DNA from: Moniliella sp. 'wahieum'
Taxonomy: Eukaryota
Direction: 5' to 3'
Assembly (NCBI GenBank): GCA_003971905.1
Contig: RSEE01000046.1
Coordinates: 496,001-523,489 of the forward strand
Length of the DNA: 27,489 bases
The translations under genes and the position numbers were made by a program. Of the stretch, positions 12,272 through 22,299 are shown piece by piece (position 1 is the first letter of the stretch; the number at the start of each line of letters is the position of its first letter). The notes below the pieces were generated by a model that worked only from the letters and a program-made list of their open reading frames with translations, was not told the DNA's origin and did not search any database.

Positions 12272-14244
12272 ATGCCCTCTTTTGAAACCACCATGGCCAC
12301 GTCCGAGTCCACCGACAGCTCTCCCGGGATTGGGCGAAACCGCCACTCTCTCTCGTTCGTCCCGAGTCCAGTGCAACCATTTACGGGCGATCCAATACGC
12401 CAGCCAGCAAGCTGTCCAAGGACGAGCTCCGTCCTTCCTCTCGCCCTGCAAGCGCCGGACTGATCCGAGCCACCGTCAGCGCAAACGTCATTGCCGAGTC
12501 CGAGTCCGAGTGGGTGCCGACGCACCCACGCAAGCCTTATGCCCACAACGATTCCGAGTCATGGGCTGGCACTTCCACCCCATCGACTCCGGGGAAGAAC
12601 CGGTCTCCTTTTTCGTCGGGTTTTGGGGTGCAAAGACCTCGCGGTCGTACGTTCTAGAGGTATGTGTCTGCTGTACCATTTGAGGAGCAGATGAACCTAA
12701 CCATCCTCTTTTTCTGTGCCCTTCGTTTCGTTAGACTGCGACGCTAGAAAAATTAGGCGAAGGTCAAGCAGGCGGAGAACAACCAGGCGGAGCAGAGGCC
12801 GCTGTAGGAGGCGAACCTACGTTGGCACGCAAGTCATGGGTCAAGCGCCATCCCTGGTGGCTCGCTTTCCTGCTTCTTTTGCTGGTCGCCTTGGGGGCCG
12901 GGTTAGGCGCTGGATTGGGCGTAGGCTTGTCGCACAAGAACGCCTCCTCCAATGGTGCGGGCGTAGGCAGTACTCCGTCTCACTCTCATCCCGTGCCTAC
13001 CTCTTCTTCATCTTCCCCCCCGCAGCGTCGAGCACCGCGGGTCCCCCGCTCGACTCCAGCGGCAACGATCCAACCAAGATCACGCCCCTGGCACAATGGA
13101 AATGGACCAACCCCACCTCCAAGGCAATGGGGGTGAGTCTGGGTAATTGGCTTGTTCACGAGCGCTGGATCGACGAGGATTGGTGGACAAGCTATGCTCC
13201 CGATGCCGTGGACGAGTGGACTTTGCACCAGACGCTGGGAGCCAAAACCACCCAGGTGTTGGATGAGTATATGTCCACATTCATCAATGAGAGTGACGTC
13301 GAATTCCTGTGGCAAGTCGGAATCAACATGGTTCGCATTCCGTGCGCTTACTGGTTTTGGGTTCCGACCCAAGGCAACGAGCCCTACATTAACGGAACTC
13401 ACCTGAACCATCTGACTCAAATGATGGGGTGGCTGTGGAAACGCGGGATGCGCGCCGTGATTGATTTGCATCAGATGATGGGGTCCCAATCAGGTGACCA
13501 GGCCAGTGGGCAAAATACAACCTCTCCCACTTGGTGGAACTCTACTAACCAGAAGCGATCTGATGAACTGATGCAAGCGCTGGTCCAATGGCTTGAGCCG
13601 CACCCCTATCGCTCGTCCGTTGTGGCTGCCATTACGCCCGTCAATGAGCCCAACGGCCCTCTCGGCGCGACACCCAGTCATCTTCAAACGACGATGGGCT
13701 TCTACAACCGAACCTATCCCGTTCTCTCCGAAGCGAATATAACCATGTTTTTCCACCATGCCTTTGCCCCCAATCCGACTCAATACTGGCAGGGATTCGC
13801 CCAGGACAAGAATCCCGACCTGCTCGTCTTGAACGATAACCCCTATCCAGGCTTTTACCCAGCCAAGAACGACACATCCCAATCATCCAGGCAGTCTGCA
13901 GCAACGCCCACTCTTACTCTTCCTTCCCCGTCCCTACCGTCAAACTGAATGGAGCCTGATCAACGGCATTGTTGCCAACGCCACATGGAACGCGCAATAC
14001 TACTCTACTCAGGCTACCGCCTACGGTTGGTCGGGCGGTAGCTTCTTCTGGAGTTACAAGGTGATGAACTCATCCCACCGTTTTCGCTGCCTCGCCCATC
14101 TGGCAAGCACAATGGAGCTTCCTTACCCAGGTCCAGGCCGGCGCCATCCCCCGCGTCCAACAGGGCCAAAACGCTCAGCAGTTCTTAGCTTCCCTGCCTG
14201 ATCAGCCTTGCGGTGCAGGGCCGGACATGCCATGGTCTCAATAA
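12272..14244 (+). CDS. GH5 glycoside hydrolase (exo-beta-1,3-glucanase-like) with internal transmembrane anchor
   Basis: GVSLGNWLVHERWI, GINMVRIP, VIDLH, acid/base VNEP, nucleophile TEWSL (~13945), GSFFWSYK, stop after PDMPWSQ at 14244. TM segment RHPWWLAFLLLLLVALGAGLGAGLGVGL (~12847-12930). Intron with donor at 12647 or 12660 and acceptor 12734. Start codon is tentative. Confidence 0.88.
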
Positions 14245-15027
14245 CGTCTCCACCAGCCCATGCACATCTTCCCCCTCCCATGGCCTTTTTACAGACAGTA
14301 TCAATTCTCTGCGCATGTTTCGCCCATCACCGATCATCGCCGTCGTTCCCTGCCACCCCACACTGTATACTTCACATCGCTCTTACTGTTGCCCATTGTT
14401 TTGGTTCTGCTGTTTCTCAATCTCATGCTGTCAATTAGTATGACCCCGCCGAGTGCCCCCATGATCTGGCTGCGAAGTGTCAGGAGGTCGCCATGATTGC
14501 ATGACCTGGGCCTCCCTCATAGTGCATATTAGCTAGTGAAATTTGCTGTCGGGACGTTGATTTTGAAAGGAGGAATACGTATGCTGCATCATGATGATGT
14601 GCATGATGGGCGTGGAGATAATAGATAGAGTAGGAGTAAGCAGTGAACTGGTGCTTCGTGACGGAAAGCAATGAAGGACGGGGTGAGGATGCAGTCAGGG
14701 GATGGCAGACCTGACTAAGGCAACAAATGGGTGGATCAGGCCGAAGGTGATGACACTGTAACTGCTTGAGTGCTGCGTTTGTGGCGCTGGTATTGAACAG
14801 CAACTGTGCCACCTGAGGCTTGGGATGGGACGCGGGCGATGGCAATATAGAAGAGCAGGAGGATAGGCGCAAGAGGATCGACGCAGATTGGTGTGGCCTA
14901 TAGCAATTCTCAAGACAATACTATCCACAATTCATCGAAAAGAAAACAACAGTATCATATGTTCGTCAAAGAAAGCCGAACGAGACGAAGAGGTCATTTT
15001 CGAGGAACGTGGGGAAGAGAGGCACTG

Positions 15028-15826
15028 TTAGGCAATGCTATGCCCCGAATCAGAGACAATGAGTTGGCCAATCGTGACTGGACTCTTCAAGAGACCAAGG
15101 TAAGTCTGGGCAACTTCCGCAGGCGTCGCGAGGGCTTTGGTCAATGTGCCTTGGGCGAAACCCTCCTGAACTTCGGCGGGGTAAGGGTCGAGTAGCGGGG
15201 TCGCCACTGGTCCTGGGGCCACCACGTTCACGCGCACGTTCAACCCGATAGCAGCATAGTCAAGCGAGATGGATTTGGCAAGGTTGTGCAGACCACCAAT
15301 GAGGGAAATTACGCTTGCCCCAGCGTTTGGTCGCACAAGGATGGATCCTGTGGTATAGACCAGCGCCCCACCGCGGGCAAAAAAGTCGGTTGCGACATGA
15401 GCCAATTGCAGCACCAGGCCCACCCGCGTCTCAAACGTCAACACGGCCTTTGCATAGTCAAGCCTGTCCACCGTGTCAAACGGGGGAAGCCCACCCGGGC
15501 GGCGGTGAGGACGATGTTGTCTACCTTGCCCCCCCACTCGGTAGGAAGCTGAGAGAAGAAGCGGCGTAGTTCTTCCTCGTTGCCGCGCCCCGGTTCAGGT
15601 CGAGGGTGCGCCCCCAGGTGCGGCTGGCATCGGCGTTGTACTGTTCCGCTGGGTTGGTCAGGTGCGCCACTGCGTCGTCCACCTTCGCTTGGCTCGACGA
15701 TGCCACCACCACTTGCGCGCCTTCCTCCACCAGCCCCGAGGCAACCCCAAAGCCGATTCCCGAAGTGCCGCCGATCACGACGGTCCGTTTGCCACGCAAG
15801 ACTCCAACAACTTTAGGTGCGGCCAT
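15028..15826 (-). CDS. Short-chain dehydrogenase/reductase (atypical active site)
   Basis: MAAPKVVGVLRGKRTVVIGGTSGIG, RVNVVAPGPVATPL, C-terminal TIGQLIVSDSG. Frameshifts around 15500-15580. Confidence 0.87.
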
Positions 15827-15899
15827 CTTGTGAAAAACAGCGAAGTATAGTCGGTGGTGTTGGAGAGAGAAAAACGGGGCGAGGGGATCGATAACGAGG

Positions 15900-15907
15900 T
15901 ATAAATA
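15900..15907 (-). promoter_or_regulatory. Putative TATA element of SDR2
   Basis: TATTTATA on the minus strand (TATAAATA on plus), about 75 bp upstream of the ATG in GC-rich context. Confidence 0.4.
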
Positions 15908-16183
15908 GTGCCATTATGCATTATGCATCACGCTATGACAGAGAGCGACTCCGAAGAACCGCTGCCCCGGATCCTGGCTATTTGTGTCCACAACAGCCAC
16001 AACCCGCTTGGAGTTGAACGTGAGGCTCACACCCGTTGGGGGGCTGACGCCATGTCCTGGAACTTGAAGCTTGAAGCTTGATGGTGGAGCTAGAGTATCG
16101 ATGATTGATGATCCATGACAAACGCACGAACCCCTGCGCCAGACCGCGGAAATGCTTTCCCCCACTTACCGGCGTTACCAGCC

Positions 16184-16216
16184 TCACGTGACGTGTCACA
16201 TGATCCATGTCACATG
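16184..16216. promoter_or_regulatory. Cluster of E-box-like motifs upstream of SDR2
   Basis: TCACGTGA (16184), GTCACATGA (16195) and GTCACATG (16209) within 33 bp. Confidence 0.4.
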
Positions 16217-16309
16217 TGGAGTCGCTCCTCTGCTGCCCGCCTGACCAGCTTCACCCGATACACCCGACTGAGGGCTTCCGCGGACAGGCTCCGCGGCAGG
16301 CTCACGCGA

Positions 16310-16930
16310 CAAGAACGTCCGGTCGTCCCAGGGGTCCTGGAGCTCGTCCTCGCCCTGCCTCTCTCCGCTGGTTCAGGAGCGTCCCAATAACGCCGCCTGC
16401 ACCACCCAACACCAACTTGGTGTACTTCCCATAAACTCCAAGAGAGAAAGGAACCCGAATCCGGGGAATAGTCATTCACCGCTTGCACCACCGTCCCCCG
16501 GTCGAATCGAGTTGAACACGTTCTTAACATCAAAACCCCGTAGTTGAACTTGCTCCAAGCCGGTCTCTTCCTCACAGACCAAACGACCAACAGCCGCACA
16601 ATCGGCTCCATACCGCCTTTTTTGCACCTGACGCCCAACTGAGTGCTACAGACGAGTAACCACATCGACATGTAGAAGAAGCACCTTGTCCATAACGCAG
16701 TAAAACAGCTCACCGCAAGCAATCAAGTCTCTCTCCACCATCTGGCCTTTTTGCAAGAGCCGTCAACCTGGTGGCGCGCAACAGCCGACCACCCGGGCAC
16801 GTCCCATGAAACATGGCTCATGCCCTGACCTTGAGAGCTGCTCTAAAGTCATCGTGCTTCAGAGCCAACTGGAGAAGAGGGATCGACATTCCGCCCACGC
16901 GTCCCCACCCCACGGGAGAAGCTGCTTGTC
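16310..16930 (-). mobile_element. Decayed non-LTR retrotransposon RT fragment, CRE clade (Cnl1/MoTeR-like)
   Basis: Colinear peptides across frameshifts: LQLALKHDDF, GTCPGGRLLRATRLTALAKRPDGG, IACGELFY, QLGVRCKKGGMEPIVRLL, FDVKNVFNSI, DRGTVVQAVNDYSP, FLSWS/YGKYTKL, SGERQG. These match CRE-type RT motifs RLxxLxKxDGGxRPIAVGE, QxGVxxxGGxE, DxxNAFN, WxYG and GVRQGD. It has stops and is truncated around YxDD. Confidence 0.8.
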
Positions 16931-17054
16931 GCGCCATAGATGCCCTTATGGCCAAGGATGTGAGCGGTAGAGTGGGAGGATATGGGGGCATGCATTGGTC
17001 TGTGGGGGGGCTGCGGGGAGATCATTGAAGGATCGGTAAGTGGACATGGCATAG

Positions 17055-17679
17055 TTAGAGAGAGACCGAACGAAGGTCCAATGGCTCCCCCTCCTTTTGA
17101 GGCGACACCTTCCCGCGTTGCTCAATAGGACGAGAACCAATGTCAGCTTCCCACGCTTTAATCCCCCCAGCCAGGACAGCCACCTGCTCGGGCACATGAG
17201 CAGCGGCTGACTCGTTGCCATGGGCTAAATAGTATTCTTCCAGAGCATCGGCGAACCAGCCTGCCGCACGAGGACCCCGCCCTTGGGACGAGTTGCAGTG
17301 GAAGGCGATGAGGGGCACCGGAGCGAGGAGGGGGCAGAGCGAATTGCGAGTTGCGTACATCGAGTGGGCTGGAAGGTTGATCGCGCCGGGGATGACGCTC
17401 TGGGGGAAGAGAAAGCAGGTCAGAACGCTCAGAGGGATCCCGGGGACCCAGGATCGGACTTGCAGCCGACGTGGGAAGAGAAACGGACCTCGCAGTCGGT
17501 ACGACGCACATCCACCACTACCACATCCACCCCGGGCTGGGCCCCGGAGCGGAGGAGGGCAGCCAGTTCGTCCACGCTAACGCGACGCAGGGGGCGCTCG
17601 CGCGCTCCGGGGCAGGATAGGCGGCATGCCAGTTGCCGGCTTGGATGGGGTGCTGAACAGCAGGGAGGGAGGCCGACAT
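17055..17679 (-). CDS. Cdc25-like/rhodanese-fold phosphatase or arsenate reductase (Ibp1/Ych1/Acr2 family)
   Basis: VVVDVRRTD, intron 17488-17400 (GTCCGT..CTGAC..CAG), VIPGAINLPAHS, active site HCNSSQGR (HCX5R), LAGGIKAW. At least one frameshift in exon 1. Confidence 0.88.
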
Positions 17680-18181
17680 GGCGGTGGGGGAGCCCGTGCG
17701 GTGCGCGGAGACTCGAGGTGGAGGGTCGCGGTGCGCTCTGGTCAGCCGGGTGCTCGGCACGCCAACGCCGAAGCGGGGCAGGGCGCGGCAGGCTTAGGTC
17801 ATCTGGCCGCCGAACACGCGATGGCGTACGTAACGGGTAACACGTAAGCGTAACCCCCCTCGTGCCGGCGGCGGGGCACAGTCAGCTGGATAAGGTCCAA
17901 GGCGCAAGGGGTTCGCCCAGCCCTACCTCTGGGGCGCCAAGCCTTGGAGCCGGCGCAGCGTCCGCCCCCCGCCACATCCGCCCACGTCAGCCAGCCAGCC
18001 CAGCAACCACGCCCCCGCCATGGCTCATCCGCGCCGCTGCTGCGGCGACCTTGGCGCGCCATTAGCCAGAGCAGGCGAAGAACACAGATCGATCGATGCG
18101 TAATGGTCCTTTTTTTCGTCTCGCCCCGCAGTCCCAGCACCAATCCCCCCTCAATCCCCTCCTCCACCCCCCCCCACTGCC

Positions 18182-18387
18182 ACGCCCAAGGCTATTGGCA
18201 TCGATCTCGGCACTGCATTCTCGTGCGTTGCTGTCTGGGAGAACGACTGGGCGACAGTCGTTTCAACAATTGGAGCAAATCCATCACCCCCTCCTGTGTG
18301 GCCTTCGACCAGAGACGGCAACTCATTGGAAATGATGTCACTCACCTCATGTTCGGGACCAATCTGGACAACACGGCGATTGACGCC
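18182..18387 (+). pseudogene. Truncated Hsp70 N-terminal fragment
   Basis: (ACG)PKAIGIDLGTAFSCVAVWEND..., frameshift, NNWSKSITPSCVAFDQRRQLIGND...NTAIDA. This matches Hsp70 AIGIDLGTTYSCV...NRTTPSYVAF...LIGD...NTVFDA. The start appears as ACG and similarity stops after about 68 codons. Confidence 0.85.
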
Positions 18388-19050
18388 TCGGTTACCCCCC
18401 TAGACGTATGTTCAAAGATTCAATAGTCCCCTGGCGCATCAAACTCGAGGCAGAGGTCATCGCCACCGGGCTAGCCCGTATGCGATACCTCAATAGTCCT
18501 GAGGCCTATGACCTATGACGTAGTCACGGCCGGGCCCGCCGGCCAGCCCGGTGACCGCCCAACGGTGACCGCCGCCTGCGAGATGTTGGCCGACGGCCTA
18601 GACATATTCCCAACTCCCGAGGGATGTCACGGGACTGGCTGGATGTCACGAGATCCTGTGATACATCTAGATGACTGGAGGGATCCCACCTGATGTATTC
18701 CAGGGTATTTTTGGCCCGGGCCGGGGGACTTCCGGGGGTGTCCTTAATTGCCCCCCCCGTTTAATTAGCACCCGCCTGCCAGCACGCTGCATCACATGCC
18801 GCGCCGCCCATGTGCAACGCCATCACCGCCACCGCCACCGCACCCCACCACCGCGCGCCACCGCCACCCCGCAGCTGCCGCTTGCCCACAGCCACCGCCA
18901 CCACCCCGGTACTGCCGCTTGCACCCCCACCACCCCACCCCCACCCCCACCACCTCTGCCACCACCCCCACCTTTCTCACCTTGCATCGTTTTCATAGCG
19001 CGCATCGTCCATACCTGCAATGGCATATAGTCCCGCCCCGTCGCTAGCCC

Positions 19051-19106
19051 CATGCCAAATTTCAGCCCAATCGGCCTGCAGACGGCCGAGATATCGCGAT
19101 TTTGGT
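19051..19106 (+). repeat. 56-bp motif, copy 1
   Basis: CATGCCAAAT...GACGGCCGAGATATCGCGATTTTGGT, 44/56 identical without gaps to 22074-22129. Confidence 0.85.
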
Positions 19107-19866
19107 ACGCGCACGCCCTCGCGTCGCGCGCGTACATGCGCCGCGTCCCGCGCAACGCCACCGCCGTCGATGGACACGCTTGCACTGCGCCTGTGTAATA
19201 AAATGTCCCGCGACCGCGACGCGCCGCATCCACGCTTTTATTTTCATCCATTTCTCAATTCTTCCCACGCGCTCGCGTCTGCTACCGCGCCATCACCCTC
19301 TCCCAACATGGCCGCCCCTCCCGACACGCCCGCTCCTACAGCTGGCTCTGGCCACGCCACTTGCCACCATCCCCCCGGGTACATCGCTCTGCAACCCCCG
19401 GCGGCCCTTCCCACCGTCCATTGCCCCCTCGGCCGCACCCTCAACCACGCGGCCAAACGCAACCACCCCTCTCCCACGTCGCCTGCGCCGCCCACCGCCT
19501 CCATCCTCATCCTCCCAATCTCCCCTCACTTCCATCCCCGGCTTGTCTCCTGCACATCTCCCCGCTCGCGGATCAAGCGGCAGCCCGACACCGCCTCGCT
19601 CCCTTCGCCCACCCGCCACCAGCCGCGACGGCGCCTGTCCTGCAGCAACGGGCCGACGGCACACTCACAGCACCCCTTCAGCCACATCCCCTGCCCCCGG
19701 CCCCGGCCCACCTCGCCTCCTGCGCCGTCCCCCAGGCCGCTCGGCCTCAGCAGCAACCGGGCACCGTCACCACCAAAATCCTCCTCTCTCCCGGCATAGA
19801 GAAGCACACTGTGCGCATTCAAGGCACCGCCCATGGTAAGCCGACCCCATCCTCCCTTCCAACCAG

Positions 19867-19916
19867 TGCTGACCACATGTCGGACCAGGCTTGCTGACCA
19901 CATGTCGGACCAGGCT
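19867..19916 (+). repeat. Perfect 25-bp tandem duplication
   Basis: TGCTGACCACATGTCGGACCAGGCT x2. Confidence 0.95.
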
Positions 19917-20049
19917 ACCAATGCTCCGCCTGCCCTACCTCTTCGCTTACGCCCGGAGCGGCTCGCAAACACGCAAGTTCATGCCTTCAACTCAAGGGCC
20001 GAATTGCCGCTTCAGTCTTCAATGACCCTTACCACCTCGTCCGTCGTTC

Positions 20050-21100
20050 GCTGCAGCCGCTCGGCTTGGATTACGACCCGACTGTGCGCCTTCTGTATTG
20101 CTCCGGCTGCAAATATTTTGTCACCGACTCGCACCTTACTTGGAATCGGATCGACTCCTTTCGCGACGCAGGCAGTCATCCGCTGCTCAACGTTGACAAC
20201 GCCAAACTTGCTCGCAAGGCCTTGCGCACCTTGCCCCACACATGTACCCCGGCAGGGATTTGAAAGACAAATTCGGCCACTTTCTTCACGAACCAGTCGA
20301 CCACATCCCCATCTCGGCTCCCAAGCAGGTGTGCAGCACATGCTTCAAGAATAAACAACCACATCCCTCTTAATGAGCACTCCCACAAGACCGGCCACGC
20401 CCCTCAATCGGTCTGGCTGACCCCAACGCGTCATGTACGGGGTAACACTTGCCATTGTCGGGCCCGGCCAACAGCCGCGATCGATGCTGCGAGGCGCCTT
20501 GATGCAGCAGCAGCTGTCCAGTCGCCCCCTCCAACCAGCCCGGTCCGCAACCGAGGAACGGATGACGATACAACGAGCAACAGATCCCGAGAGAGCGACG
20601 GATACTAGCGACACCGAGTGGAGAGACGTGGATGAGGCCAGCGACGCCGAACCGGAATGGGACGAGCCACCAGCGCGCATCCGGCCACCCACACGCACCC
20701 AGCAAGCATCCCCTTCCGTCGGCCGAAGATTGAGGGCCATCGCCGGCGACCCTATCAGTTCCGCAAGCGAGGAGAGTGAGGCAGAGTCGAGCGAGGCAGA
20801 GGCGAGCGAGGCAGAGTCGAGCGAGGCAGGCCGGCCGACGCAGTCTCCCTCGCCCTCGCCTGCCCCGCGGCGGCCGCGCAACCACCCTCCCCCAACCGCG
20901 GCGCCGCCCGATCGTCCTCATCCCCGTCCCCTGCGCGACGCCTCTCCGCCACGGCGGCCTCTGCTGACATACACCGACCTTACGCGGAGGAGGGCTCGCC
21001 CAGCTTGATGCCTCACATACCCGGGGAGGATCCGCTGACCGTTGCGGATGGCGAGCATTTCATGGGCTCCTTCCTCGCATGTGGCATGTGTCCGAGTTGA
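20050..21100 (+). pseudogene. Decayed zinc-finger gene, DUF3505 (OrsD)-like
   Basis: LGLDYDPTVRLLYCSGCKYFVTDSHL...H (20060-20180), an acidic/Ser-rich linker, then PHIPGEDPLTVADG...CGMCP (21010-21095). In-frame stops are present. Family assignment is from motif resemblance only. Confidence 0.4.
20778..20829 (+). repeat. 15-bp minisatellite (3.5 copies)
   Basis: GAGGCAGAGKCGAGC repeats encoding EAESS/EAEAS. Confidence 0.9.
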
Positions 21101-21447
21101 TGGCCGGGGTACCGCTGATGCGCTTGCCGAGATGCGGTATCTGCCAAACATGAACCTAGTCTTATATTGGCGTGTGATGAGTCCTGTCAAAACGCGGCTC
21201 AATTAGTACTGAGACAGGTATTTTAGCACAAACTGGGACACCCCACGAAAAGTCAGCCACCACAGTGTGATGGGGACCAACATGTGGTGCCTGACGTTTG
21301 GTGCTCTCACATTTCGGGTGGGGGCTGAGTCCTGGAATGCGGTATTCACGCTGTCACGCCTGGAATGTGACATGTGAGCGGGGAAAATGCGGGGTTAGAC
21401 ATGTTGTGAGGTCTGACATTTTTTGATGGCGTTCCTTGCGGAAACGT

Positions 21448-21769
21448 AGCGGGCCCTGCCACGCTGCTTGCGCCGTGCCCGGTCCCGACTCTGGCCTGTG
21501 TGTAGCCAGGGCCACGCTCCGTGGATAATCGGCAACGACGATAGGGCCATTCGCGACCAAGGTAATTGGTTGTTTTCTGGTCGAGGGCAGGTGACGGGGC
21601 GTGCCGGCCCGGACCGTGGCTAGGTGCGCTTGGTGATCGGTCCTGCATATGACCAACGAGCCGCTTGTCATAGTGGTCAGGCCTGTCTTTACCTTGCGTT
21701 CTGGGTCAATCCGCCAAGCGGGCCCTGCCACGCTGCTTGCGCCGTGCCCGGTCCCGACTCTGGCCTGTG
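21448..21769 (+). repeat. Identical 53-bp direct repeats (21448-21500 and 21717-21769)
   Basis: AGCGGGCCCTGCCACGCTGCTTGCGCCGTGCCCGGTCCCGACTCTGGCCTGTG twice, 269 bp apart. Confidence 0.95.
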
Positions 21770-22073
21770 GCCATCCGACCGCTGTCCACCGCTGTGCGCG
21801 CTGCCGGCGCAGCGCATCTGATGTTGGTGTGCGCAAACCATGAATCCAGCGCCGCCACCGCCACCACCACCGCCGCAACCCCAGCCACATCCACCACCAC
21901 ACCACTTTCACCCCCACCACCACCATGTCACCATGCTGGCCGTCTCGTGGTGAGCATCGTCCATATCCGTGCTTCATTTGGCGCTAGCACACCTCTATGC
22001 GCGTTGCCCCTGATCGTGAGGCAGATGGAGGATCTGATGCATGCTTCCAACAGTGCTTGCTCACCGTTGGTAG

Positions 22074-22129
22074 CATGCCAAATGTGAGCCAGAACGGATG
22101 AGAGACGGCTGAGATATCGCCATTTTGGT
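22074..22129 (+). repeat. 56-bp motif, copy 2
   Basis: CATGCCAAAT...GACGGCTGAGATATCGCCATTTTGGT, direct repeat of 19051-19106. Confidence 0.85.
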
Positions 22130-22299
22130 CCCGCCGGCATACGCCACCATCTCATCCCAGCATGCATCGATCCCAGCCGCTCCCGCTCAGGTGCACGCCC
22201 CATCCAAGCCTCCCGCTGCAGCGTACTCCCTCGCCTTCCACCAGGGCAGGCCTACATCGACTAACATCTGCATCTGTCCACCAGCTGAAGCGATGGTGC

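Noticed and set aside
14584..14694. Possible C/D box snoRNA (CTGCATC/GATGCAG stem, ATGATGA C box)
   Set aside because: The D-box position reads GTGA rather than CTGA and I found no convincing rRNA guide. A snoscan or Infernal run would settle it.
18671..19972. Long overlapping Pro/Arg-rich ORFs
   Set aside because: Expected in C-rich low-complexity DNA; no recognisable domain.
21248..21424. MITE with inverted ends (AAAAGTCAG.. / ..CTGACATTTT)
   Set aside because: Only about 13/17 matching and no target-site duplication seen.
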